Below are positions 41,467 through 51,119 of a stretch of DNA of 64,000 bases, piece by piece. Location: contig OY781964.1 in assembly GCA_963677485.1 (NCBI GenBank), positions 5,156,041 to 5,220,040 on the forward strand, written 5' to 3'. The DNA is from Armatimonadota bacterium. GTDB taxonomy: Bacteria; Armatimonadota; HRBIN16. Both the position numbers and the translations under genes were made by a program. Under the pieces are notes generated by a model that saw only the letters and a list, made by a program, of their open reading frames with translations, made no database searches and had not been told where the DNA came from. Numbering within the stretch: the first letter of the stretch is position 1; each line of letters starts with the position of its first letter.

Positions 41467-43026
41467 ATGGAAAGGCTAAGAATGCAGATCATAGAAGAGA
41501 TCATATTCCGACTGCGGCGTGGGCAGTCCCAACGAGCGATTTCTCGTGACACGGGCTGCGCTCGTAACACCGTCAGCCAATACGCACAGTGGGCTTCTCG
41601 ACTTGGATACCTGGCTCCAGATTCAGATATGCCGAGTATGGAGGCATTTCGTGACACCTTACCGCAGCGCAAACGACGCAGTAATGTGTCTAGTGCTGAA
41701 CCATACCGCGAAATCATCGAGACCTATCTCCAGACTCACATAGAGGCAGTGACCATCCACAACAACCTCAAACGACTATACGGGTTTACCGGTAGCTACT
41801 CTTCGGTTATTCGCTTCATTAACGGACTGACCCCCAAAGAGCAGTTGGCCATTATACGTCTAGAGACAGACCCAGGAAAACAGGCCCAGGTTGACTTCGG
41901 ATTTGTGGGGCAAATGAAGGACCCCGCAACAGGCAAGATGCGTTCAACGTATGCCTTCTTGATGACGCTATCACACTCTCGACATCAATATGTGGAGTTT
42001 GTATTCAATCAAAGGATACCCACATGGGTGAACTGCCATATCAACGCCTTTGAATTCTTCGGAGGCGTTCCAGAGGAACTTGTGATAGACAATCTAAAGT
42101 CAGCGGTTCTCAAAGCAGATATATACGACCCTGTCATCTCGGAGCCGTATCGGCAACTGGCCTTGCACTACGACTTCCTCATTCATCCGTGTAGAGTGAG
42201 AACCCCGGAGCATAAAGGAAAAGTGGAAAACGGGGTTCATTACGTGCAGCGAAACTTCATTGCAGGCCGGGAGTTCATGGATATCGACGAAGCGAACCTG
42301 CTTGTGAAGACCTGGATCACCCAAGAGGCAGGTCTGCGTAACCATGGAACCACACATAAACAGCCATTGGCGCAGTTCAATCAGGTAGAGAAGAGCACGC
42401 TTAAGTCATTACCAGACACGGAATTTGATCTCATTGAAGTTCGTAGTGCGAAAGTCCATCGGGACTGTCATGTTACAGTGTATGGTTCTTACTATTCCGT
42501 GCCCTACAGCTACATAGGCAGCCAAATGGACGTGCATCTGCACGAACGAGTGGTGCAGATATATGATAACGACCATAAACTAGTTGGAACACATCAAAGA
42601 GCGACACAACAAGGGCAGCGCATTACCCGCATGACTGATTACCCAACACATAAAGTGGCCTATATGGTTCTTTCAATCGAGAATTGCCTGGAATTAGGGC
42701 ATGACATCGGCCCCAGTTGTGTTACGGTGCTTAATGCTTTGCTGGCTGACAGGCCTGTAGACCGAAGACAATCCGTGAAGAGGATCGTCCGGCTAGTTCA
42801 AACGTACAGCAGTAGTCGCCTGGAAGCGGCCTGCGCACGCTCTCTCTATTACCAAGATGGTAGTTACCAACGCATTGCTAAGATACTGAGGGCCGGTACA
42901 GATCACGAGCCAATGGGAATAACATCTTCTCTTCCCCCTAAAAAAGACTACCTCTTCGCTCGTAGTGCCGACGAATTCATTTTGGTCAGTAATGCTGACA
43001 CCAATATGGAGGTAGAAGCGTGTTAA
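41467..43026 (+). CDS. istA: IS21 transposase IstA
   Basis: HTH, QAQVDFG, DNLKSAV, KGKVE DDE motifs. Confidence 0.96.
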   Translation: MERLRMQIIEEIIFRLRRGQSQRAISRDTGCARNTVSQYAQWASRLGYLAPDSDMPSMEAFRDTLPQRKRRSNVSSAEPYREIIETYLQTHIEAVTIHNNLKRLYGFTGSYSSVIRFINGLTPKEQLAIIRLETDPGKQAQVDFGFVGQMKDPATGKMRSTYAFLMTLSHSRHQYVEFVFNQRIPTWVNCHINAFEFFGGVPEELVIDNLKSAVLKADIYDPVISEPYRQLALHYDFLIHPCRVRTPEHKGKVENGVHYVQRNFIAGREFMDIDEANLLVKTWITQEAGLRNHGTTHKQPLAQFNQVEKSTLKSLPDTEFDLIEVRSAKVHRDCHVTVYGSYYSVPYSYIGSQMDVHLHERVVQIYDNDHKLVGTHQRATQQGQRITRMTDYPTHKVAYMVLSIENCLELGHDIGPSCVTVLNALLADRPVDRRQSVKRIVRLVQTYSSSRLEAACARSLYYQDGSYQRIAKILRAGTDHEPMGITSSLPPKKDYLFARSADEFILVSNADTNMEVEAC

Positions 43027-43787
43027 CTCACACACTGCTACCCAAGCTCAGGCAACTCAGATGGTCTGGCATGGTTGATAGCCTCGAAGAGAGAGCGGAG
43101 CTAGCCCGTGAGCAAAAGCTCTCACCAACGGAGTTCCTTGCGTTATTAGTAGATGATGAGCTTGAGCGACGCAGCCAAACTAAACAGGTAAAGATGGAGA
43201 AGGCGGCCTGTTTCGAGAACACGAAACTGCTGTCCCACTTCGACTTCAACGCTGTACCTACCCTTGATCGTTCGCTGGTAAGGGAGATGGCGACCTGCCA
43301 GTTAATCGCTCAACATGCCAACTGGCTGGTGTGTGGTCCCACTGGTGTGGGCAAGACACATCTAGCCACCGCCATAGGTTATGAGGCCATTAAGCGAAGC
43401 TACAGTGTTTATAACAGTTCTGTCCACAAGTTGCAACAGGAGATGTTTGCGGCCAGGGCAGACGATGCTTATACGCGGTTGATTAAGAAATTGGTCAACG
43501 TTGACCTCCTGATACTCGACGACTTTGGTCTTCGCCCCATCACAATTCAGGGAGCGGAAGACCTCTACGAGATCATCCACCAGAGATACGAGAAGGGCAG
43601 TATTGTATTGACATCTAATCGGGCTCCCTCCGAATGGCCGGAGATGTTTGGCGACTCTCTTCTCGCTTCAGCTGCTATGGACAGATTGACTCACCATGCC
43701 CGGGTGACTGTTGTCACCGGTGAGAGCTATCGCCAAAGGCAGCGCAGAGGGGAGGTAAGCAAGCCGGATAATGCATCCGTAGAGTGA
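43020..43787 (+). CDS. istB: IS21 helper ATPase IstB
   Basis: GPTGVGKTHLA, LLILDDFG, TSN, DRLTHH. Confidence 0.96.
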   Translation: MLTHTLLPKLRQLRWSGMVDSLEERAELAREQKLSPTEFLALLVDDELERRSQTKQVKMEKAACFENTKLLSHFDFNAVPTLDRSLVREMATCQLIAQHANWLVCGPTGVGKTHLATAIGYEAIKRSYSVYNSSVHKLQQEMFAARADDAYTRLIKKLVNVDLLILDDFGLRPITIQGAEDLYEIIHQRYEKGSIVLTSNRAPSEWPEMFGDSLLASAAMDRLTHHARVTVVTGESYRQRQRRGEVSKPDNASVE

Positions 43788-43907
43788 GATACCGACGCAT
43801 CCAACACTTACATTGGGCAATGAACACGAACTAGTCAAGTGGTATACATATGCCGAACATGGGTGGTAGTAATAAGGTGACTATTGACATAAGGGTTACC
43901 GGAGTGG

Positions 43908-43985
43908 TTCCAATTGGAAAACTTGGAATTCCAATTTCCATTCCAATTACTTTTATATATAAAATGGAAAATTGGAAACTGGAAT
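43908..43985. repeat. Iteron-like TTCCA/TGGAA cluster around an AT palindrome; candidate phage replication origin
   Basis: About 9 TTCCA/TGGAA units; palindromes TTCCAATTGGAA, TTGGAATTCCAA and TTTTATATATAAAA. Confidence 0.5.
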
Positions 43986-44284
43986 GAAGCATAAGACTGA
44001 AGCGTAGCTGAGGGAGAGGGGGAGAGATTTATCTCCCCTCCTCGACTGAAGCTAAACACGTTGTCATTGTCGTTGTTTCTCCCTTTCTAAGGAAAATCAA
44101 CAACCAACGAACTATAAATCCCTCTTCTGACATCCACAAACTGCTATTTGTACCACTTTTAATAGAAATTGTCATGTTATATGTAGAATGCAAATTCATG
44201 TTGCCTAACCAATCACCATGTTTCACAACGTTGAGGCCTTATTGGAACTAATAATGTAGAACACCTTATAGGAGGTTACCCCAA

Positions 44285-45463
44285 ATGGTAACAGTATCGA
44301 AATTCATGAACATCTGGGATCAATACTACAACTGCGAACTAGAAAATACCGAACAACTAATTGACGATTGGAATGGCCTGAACAAGAGAGGACAAAGGAC
44401 GGTGTATCGCAAGATAGAATCGGACAGGAACTACACACTGGAGGAATTTGAAATGGCTATAGTAGGCGAAGAACTTGATGATGACTTTGAGATAATCCCT
44501 GCATCTGAGTGTAAAGGAAAAAGCTTAGTAGAGTTATCGCAAATGACGATAAGCCCAATCACTGAGTTACCTATACTCGGGGTGTACGGCACTAATCTCA
44601 TGTTCATGGAAAGAAGGACCATGATTACCGCTGGTCCAAAGAGTTGCAAGAGTAAGTTCATACTGGAAAACTTGTTCGAGTGGTGTAATCTGACAGATGT
44701 AGTCATTTTCAGCGAAGAGCCAGACGCTGTGTGGGCCACCAGAACTCAAGAGCTTATATCCAAAGGAAAGCAAATCCCAAGTAACTGCACCATCTACAAC
44801 AACTCCAAATACAACATGAGACACATCGTGTATCAAGCCAAGCACATGAAGCCAGGACAGATCCTTGTGGTTGACACACTGCGAAAGTTTTCCGATTGTG
44901 TTGATGAGAACAGTTCGGTCGCTGTTCACAAGGCCTTCAATCCGCTACTCGATGCAGCCAAAGATTCGCGTATCACATTGATTGCACTTCAACACTCAGG
45001 AAAGGCTGCTGCTGAGTCAGGAAAGAAAGATGCTGTGAATGCTTCTGCAGGCAGTAATGCACTTCCCGGTATGTTTGACGCTACAGTTCAGATTATCCCT
45101 ACGGCTAACACAATCAAGATCAATGGCAAGAATCGTGATGCACGATGTCAGTCAGCCACCATCAAATGGATAGATGACCTGATGGTCCTATCAATCGATA
45201 AATCCAAATCCATTAACGCAGACAAGAGCACTATCAAGGAAACCATACCTGATAATAAGCCGAATAGGATTTACAGAATCCTAGGTGAAGATTGGATCAC
45301 TGCCAAAGACGTCACTGATCTGTTAAACGGTGAATGCGGTATCGATTCTGTACTCTGTAATATGGCGAAAGCAGGAATAATTGAGAAAGAACTTCCAGGT
45401 GGTTCTAAGGGTCAACGATACCGACGACCTATGAATAAGCCAGATAACAAGGAGTGCAAATAG
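44285..45463 (+). CDS. Phage-type RecA-fold (AAA_25/RepA-like) replicative helicase with C-terminal wHTH-like region
   Basis: Walker A AGPKSCKS, ILVVDTLRK, IALQHSGK, AGSNAL; GGAGG RBS. Confidence 0.7.
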   Translation: MVTVSKFMNIWDQYYNCELENTEQLIDDWNGLNKRGQRTVYRKIESDRNYTLEEFEMAIVGEELDDDFEIIPASECKGKSLVELSQMTISPITELPILGVYGTNLMFMERRTMITAGPKSCKSKFILENLFEWCNLTDVVIFSEEPDAVWATRTQELISKGKQIPSNCTIYNNSKYNMRHIVYQAKHMKPGQILVVDTLRKFSDCVDENSSVAVHKAFNPLLDAAKDSRITLIALQHSGKAAAESGKKDAVNASAGSNALPGMFDATVQIIPTANTIKINGKNRDARCQSATIKWIDDLMVLSIDKSKSINADKSTIKETIPDNKPNRIYRILGEDWITAKDVTDLLNGECGIDSVLCNMAKAGIIEKELPGGSKGQRYRRPMNKPDNKECK

Positions 45464-45736
45464 ATGAGTAAACCAATCACCATAGAGCTGTTCATTCCAT
45501 ATCACAATGAGATTGTAAAGGTACCAGCAGTGAAAACTGATGGAACTGTGTATGTCCGAAAGGACATGATGCACTCAGCCAAGATATCACAGTGTGATCC
45601 AGACTGCATAGGGCCTGACAAGTGCAAAGGGTGTCGATACTACATGCACATGGTGGATGGTGCAGACCATAAATTGGTCGATGATGGTAAATATTACAAA
45701 CTCGTGTTCCTGCCAGATCCTTTTGGAGATTTCTAA
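45464..45736 (+). CDS. Hypothetical phage protein (Cys-rich)
   Basis: AGGAG RBS; directly follows the helicase stop. Confidence 0.6.
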   Translation: MSKPITIELFIPYHNEIVKVPAVKTDGTVYVRKDMMHSAKISQCDPDCIGPDKCKGCRYYMHMVDGADHKLVDDGKYYKLVFLPDPFGDF

Positions 45737-45820
45737 ATGACACAATAAACAAGTAGCTTTACCAGCTTGTACTTTATAACCCCCCTCTATCATAATCTAG
45801 ATAGAAAGGGGGTTCTTTAC

Positions 45821-45982
45821 ATGACTAAGCTTTACGCCATCGCAGTTCAACAGGAGTGTAGGTATGTGGTCCTAAAGGATCCATACAATATCCCATTACG
45901 CTTCGTCCGAAAGTGGCACGCCGCACGCTACATCTCTTCCCATGGAATTACCAAGGCAAAGGTAGTGTGCCATGAATGCTGA
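45821..45982 (+). CDS. Small hypothetical phage protein
   Basis: AGGGGG RBS within a hairpin; overlaps the next start. Confidence 0.45.
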   Translation: MTKLYAIAVQQECRYVVLKDPYNIPLRFVRKWHAARYISSHGITKAKVVCHEC

Positions 45983-46559
45983 GATCATAGAGTGCCTTGA
46001 CGGTGTTGATTTAGTAGCAACCATAGCAGACTGTGAATGGGTAGGCGACATCGTCACCATCACCTACATTATCGACTCAAGAAGGATAGTCAGTTCGGAA
46101 TACATATGGAAGCCATACAGCCCTAAATCACTTCTCGTCCATGATATTCAACTCATAAGCGACGTCTACCTTCCACTCAGTGATAGAAGGGAATGCTACA
46201 TAGATACAGAGGATGTGCTATACGTTGTGGGAGACTGCGTGGTCATCATGCTGGAAGTGGCAGGTGGGCAAATCTACGCCAAGTGTCCAAGACGTAGGAG
46301 ACAACTTCCGGTTAAATACTACCGTGGATCTACCGTACTCTGTAACAAGATTCTGGACGTCATCGCATACTGCAGTCTACGAGGTGAAAGCATAGCTTTC
46401 ACTACCATGGATGCAATAGTCGGCAAATATATAGAAACTGAGCAAGTCAAGGATGCAGTGATGGATCTGTTTCTGAGGGGGTTAGTCAAGATCAGCAAGT
46501 GTGGCAGTGAGGATGACCGGATGCTTTACCTTTCAGACAAAATAGGTATGGAGCCATGA
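45972..46559 (+). CDS. Hypothetical phage protein, possible C-terminal wHTH
   Basis: 195-aa ORF coupled to its neighbours. Confidence 0.6.
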   Translation: MNAEIIECLDGVDLVATIADCEWVGDIVTITYIIDSRRIVSSEYIWKPYSPKSLLVHDIQLISDVYLPLSDRRECYIDTEDVLYVVGDCVVIMLEVAGGQIYAKCPRRRRQLPVKYYRGSTVLCNKILDVIAYCSLRGESIAFTTMDAIVGKYIETEQVKDAVMDLFLRGLVKISKCGSEDDRMLYLSDKIGMEP

Positions 46560-46792
46560 TAGTCAGGAATGGTGGGATGCGAGTGTTCTATGATTTGGAC
46601 TTGGAACCACTTCCATCAGAAGGAGCTTTAGGATATGGATACCTCACTCTGAAGAATTGCGGACACTTCTGCATAGCCGATTCGCTCTTACTAGTATGCT
46701 GTCGATGTTTACTGAAATTCCCTGAGTGCCCTGTATGCATGGAAGGGTTCTGTGAGGATCAATTGCGACCTATTGATTCGAGTGATTCGTAG
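46556..46792 (+). CDS. Small zinc-finger-like hypothetical protein
   Basis: ATGA overlap, GGAG RBS; CGHFC...CCRC...CPVC. Confidence 0.55.
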   Translation: MIVRNGGMRVFYDLDLEPLPSEGALGYGYLTLKNCGHFCIADSLLLVCCRCLLKFPECPVCMEGFCEDQLRPIDSSDS

Positions 46793-46859
46793 AGGTTCAA
46801 AATGAAGGAAGAAAGGGGATAGTTGCTATATTCAAGCACGAATTCGCGCGGTGAAAAAA

Positions 46860-46935
46860 TGGTGGACCGTGGGAGACTCGAACTCCCGACCCATTGATTA
46901 AGAGTCAATTGCTCTACCAACTGAGCTAACGGTCC
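46860..46935 (-). tRNA. tRNA-Lys (anticodon CTT)
   Basis: GGACCGT/ACGGTCC acceptor stem, ATTGA-CTCTTAA-TCAAT anticodon arm, GGGAG-TTCGAGT-CTCCC T-arm, encoded CCA. Confidence 0.97.
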
Positions 46936-47197
46936 ACATTAACGGTCAGCAGAGTGCTCACCGAAGGATATAATACCACAAATCGCGCTGAGAATCGAGG
47001 GTTCGTTTCGCATGGGGCAAAAATAGATCATGATAGTTGCCTCCTGCAATATATTGAGGTGTCATATGCAAAGATGGCCCAATTCCAAATATATGTGTTA
47101 TATGCGTTTCCAAGTAGGTTTATATGGTGTATACTGATGTCATAACGACACATCACGGAAGGTAATCACCACCGTGTCCAACAAAGGAGTTCAGCCC

Positions 47198-48217
47198 ATG
47201 TCTCGGTTATTTGCGTTAATGGCATCTACAAGTCTCGTATTACTCATGCTGTTGGTAACGGCATTGCCAGTATATGCCGTTGACACGACCCCAACCATTT
47301 CCTCATTCTCTCCAACTGCAGGCAGAGCGGATGCAAATGTGGTAATCGCTGGCACGTATTTTACAGCAGCATCAGTTGTCAGATTCAACGGCACTCTCGT
47401 AACAGAACGCACAGTGAATAGCGCAACAAAAATTACCGCGACTGTGCCTCCAGAAACAACATCCGGTAAATTGACAATAACTACTACCTATGGTACAGCA
47501 ACAAGCACAGATGCTTTTTATATAGCACCAACGATCATTTTATTTGCTCCAACGAAATTCGTCGGGGGAGAGATTATCACAATCACAGGAAAGGAGTTAT
47601 CCAGTGCTGTGAAGGTGATGCTCACCCCGTCACCAGGAACCGGTACGATGCTGTGTGATTTTACTGTAGTCAACGACACAACAATCACTGCAGTAGCCCC
47701 AAATGTATATGGTGAAAATACGGGCACATTATCGGTACAAACACTAGGTGGCACAGCCACAGGGTCAGCACAATTTACCGTATTCCGGCCACTTATGCTG
47801 GAGTTTAAGGTAGACCTTGGCGGCGGATATATTGGCCCCCTAAGTGATGTTGCGCTTAACTACAAAGTCATTGGTCCTCGTGAGTATTCGGGTATATTGT
47901 CACCTAATCCAAATGACAACCACTATTATGCGATTTATACTCTCATTCCGGGGAACTACAACATCACTATAGGTGGTAGGCACTGGTTACAACGAAGATT
48001 TGTTTCAGTCAACATAATAAAGGGCACCGATATTAATGTTTCACTAGCAAATGGCGATGCCAATGGAGATGGACAGGTAAACCTGTTTGACTTTGTAGTC
48101 TTGGACTCCAAATTCAACAAAAGTGATACTATGGCGGATTTGGATGGTGACGGTGCCGTAACACTATTTGACTACACGATCATCGACCAGTTCTTTGGAG
48201 CTCAAGCCGATCTGTAA
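47198..48217 (+). CDS. Secreted IPT/TIG-domain protein with C-terminal dockerin-like domain
   Basis: Signal peptide, two PTIxxFxP IPT repeats, GDANGDGQVNLFD...DLDGDGAVTLFD; AGGAG RBS. Confidence 0.85.
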   Translation: MSRLFALMASTSLVLLMLLVTALPVYAVDTTPTISSFSPTAGRADANVVIAGTYFTAASVVRFNGTLVTERTVNSATKITATVPPETTSGKLTITTTYGTATSTDAFYIAPTIILFAPTKFVGGEIITITGKELSSAVKVMLTPSPGTGTMLCDFTVVNDTTITAVAPNVYGENTGTLSVQTLGGTATGSAQFTVFRPLMLEFKVDLGGGYIGPLSDVALNYKVIGPREYSGILSPNPNDNHYYAIYTLIPGNYNITIGGRHWLQRRFVSVNIIKGTDINVSLANGDANGDGQVNLFDFVVLDSKFNKSDTMADLDGDGAVTLFDYTIIDQFFGAQADL

Positions 48218-48476
48218 CTAACTACGATAGCTTGACTACCCCTTCAGACATTAGGGGGTATAGCGTTATGAAATCTGTTTTGTAGGACATCTATCCAGAT
48301 ACTCGAAATGCAGATGAAATGACTCGAATATATAGTTCGATTAAGATAGCCGAGTATATCTATATTACAACCACTGTTGATGGGTCTTTGTGTTAAAATG
48401 TGAAACCAAGTTGTACTGATGACGACCCAAGCCAAGCAGATGCTTAGATGATATCCGCGTACAAGGAGAATCAACG

Positions 48477-50249
48477 ATGATCACCAAGTTTTTAAATGTA
48501 GACAATCTTGCTGTTTTTCAGGGGTTCGTGTGGGACAGTTCAGTTTTAGACAATACGGGGAAACCACTACAGTTTCTGGACATAAATATCATATACGGCA
48601 GGAACTACTCAGGTAAGACTACTCTGTCTCGGATTCTGCGAGCTATGGAAATGGGCACTATATCAAAAAGATACGACAATCCAACATTTTCTGTCGCATT
48701 TGACGATGGCTCTACTATCTCACAAAGCCAGATATCATCTAGAAACACGAACATCAGAGTGTTCAATGAAGATTTTGTGAGAGAAAATCTGCGGTTCATT
48801 AACAATCCAGAAGATAACATCGTGCCATTTGCAGTCCTTGGTGACAATAACAATACTCTTGAAGCAGAGATTAAAGCATTGGAACTAGATCTCGGCCGAA
48901 AAGATTACGAAAACGAAACCGGTCTATACTTACAACTCGCTACCGATATCAAGTCGTCAACTGATGCCTCGTTTGAGCATGTTACGGCAATCCGTCGTTT
49001 GGATGCTTTGCTAACAAGTAAAGCTACTGGAAGAGATACGGGGATCAAGTACAAACCAGCCAAATTCGGCGACCAAAACTACAACAAACCAAAACTAGAA
49101 AATGATATATGTATTGTGTTATCAGACACATATACGGTTCTCGAGGACGACCAGATATTGAAATATGAGTTATTGCTCAATGAGCGTGCTAAGCCAATGA
49201 TAACGCCTCTTCAAAGTATAACGTTGTCGTGGCGGCCAATATGCGCAAAAGCCGAAAGCTTGTTAGGTCGCCAGATCGGCGTTTCTGCCAAAATCGCTGA
49301 GCTGTTACGTGATTCTGCATTGAACGAATGGGTTAGGAGTGGACGTGAGTTACATGAAGGTCACCGTGATACTTGTGCACTATGTGGTAACATTATCTCA
49401 AGTGAGCGTTGGAATATCATACACAACCATTTTGATGAGGAGACTAAAAATCTAGAGGACAACATTCATGAGCTTATTAAGAATATAGAAACTGAAATTA
49501 CGTATGTTAATGAATGGTTTGCCATCGATGTTAATCACTTCTATTCTAAATATCATTCATGTATCATGGCGTTAGCTTCAAAATATAAACATGCATCGGA
49601 ACAATATGTTTTACAATTAGAGCCAATTCTCGACCAGTTAAATCGGAGATTATCAGACATCTCTGCTCCTACAGTCTTTACGTGCCCAGCAGATTGTTCT
49701 CAGTTGCTGTCCAATGTCATAGCAGAATACGATGAAGTGCGTGAGCAGTCAAACCTTTTTACAACCTCATTGAGTACTTCGCAAGGAGATGCACAGACTG
49801 CTCTACGACTACATGAGGTAAGCAATTTCGTTGGAGCGATTAACTATACAGAGTTTGTTGCTGACATTTCGCAAAAACAGGAAAGACTGCATACAGCCAC
49901 TATGAAAACGGATTATACAAAGAAGATTATCAGAGAAAAGGAAAAATGCATTCAAGATAAAAAGAGACTACTAATCGACGAAGAAAAAGGGGCACTGAAA
50001 GTTAATAGCTATCTATCGAGCTACTTTGGTCATCAGTTTTTGTCGCTCAGGGCAATTGAAGATGCTACGGATGGCATCAAAAATACACACTTTGAAATCG
50101 TGAGAGATGGCAAACACGCATATAACCTCAGTCAAGGTGAGTGTAACCTCATCGCTTTCTGTTACTTCATGGCCAAACTTGATGACGTGGAGACTAAGAA
50201 TACTAATCCGATTATATGGATTGACGATCCAATATCGAGCCTAGATGGC
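48477..50249 (+). pseudogene. RloC/AAA_13-like ABC-ATPase, truncated by IS21
   Basis: YGRNYSGKTT, VFNEDFV, coiled coil with CALC zinc hook, LSQGE signature, WIDDPISSLD, then the IS21 end. Confidence 0.85.
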
Positions 50250-50351
50250 TGTCAATAGTCACCTTATTACTACCACCCATGTTCGGCATATGTATACCAC
50301 TTGACTAGTTCGTGTTCATTGCCCAATGTAAGTGTTGGATGCGTCGGTATC

Positions 50352-51119
50352 TCACTCTACGGATGCATTATCCGGCTTGCTTACCTCCCCTCTGCGCTGC
50401 CTTTGGCGATAGCTCTCACCGGTGACAACAGTCACCCGGGCATGGTGAGTCAATCTGTCCATAGCAGCTGAAGCGAGAAGAGAGTCGCCAAACATCTCCG
50501 GCCATTCGGAGGGAGCCCGATTAGATGTCAATACAATACTGCCCTTCTCGTATCTCTGGTGGATGATCTCGTAGAGGTCTTCCGCTCCCTGAATTGTGAT
50601 GGGGCGAAGACCAAAGTCGTCGAGTATCAGGAGGTCAACGTTGACCAATTTCTTAATCAACCGCGTATAAGCATCGTCTGCCCTGGCCGCAAACATCTCC
50701 TGTTGCAACTTGTGGACAGAACTGTTATAAACACTGTAGCTTCGCTTAATGGCCTCATAACCTATGGCGGTGGCTAGATGTGTCTTGCCCACACCAGTGG
50801 GACCACACACCAGCCAGTTGGCATGTTGAGCGATTAACTGGCAGGTCGCCATCTCCCTTACCAGCGAACGATCAAGGGTAGGTACAGCGTTGAAGTCGAA
50901 GTGGGACAGCAGTTTCGTGTTCTCGAAACAGGCCGCCTTCTCCATCTTTACCTGTTTAGTTTGGCTGCGTCGCTCAAGCTCATCATCTACTAATAACGCA
51001 AGGAACTCCGTTGGTGAGAGCTTTTGCTCACGGGCTAGCTCCGCTCTCTCTTCGAGGCTATCAACCATGCCAGACCATCTGAGTTGCCTGAGCTTGGGTA
51101 GCAGTGTGTGAGTTAACAC
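50352..51119 (-). CDS. istB: IS21 helper ATPase IstB
   Basis: Identical to 43020-43787. Confidence 0.96.
   Translation of the reverse strand: MLTHTLLPKLRQLRWSGMVDSLEERAELAREQKLSPTEFLALLVDDELERRSQTKQVKMEKAACFENTKLLSHFDFNAVPTLDRSLVREMATCQLIAQHANWLVCGPTGVGKTHLATAIGYEAIKRSYSVYNSSVHKLQQEMFAARADDAYTRLIKKLVNVDLLILDDFGLRPITIQGAEDLYEIIHQRYEKGSIVLTSNRAPSEWPEMFGDSLLASAAMDRLTHHARVTVVTGESYRQRQRRGEVSKPDNASVE

Larger units (their letters stand above)
41327..43889 (+). mobile_element. IS21-family insertion sequence, copy 1 (2563 bp)
   Basis: TGTC...GACA ends, subterminal repeats CCACCCATGTTCGGCAT, istA-istB; no target duplication. Confidence 0.95.
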
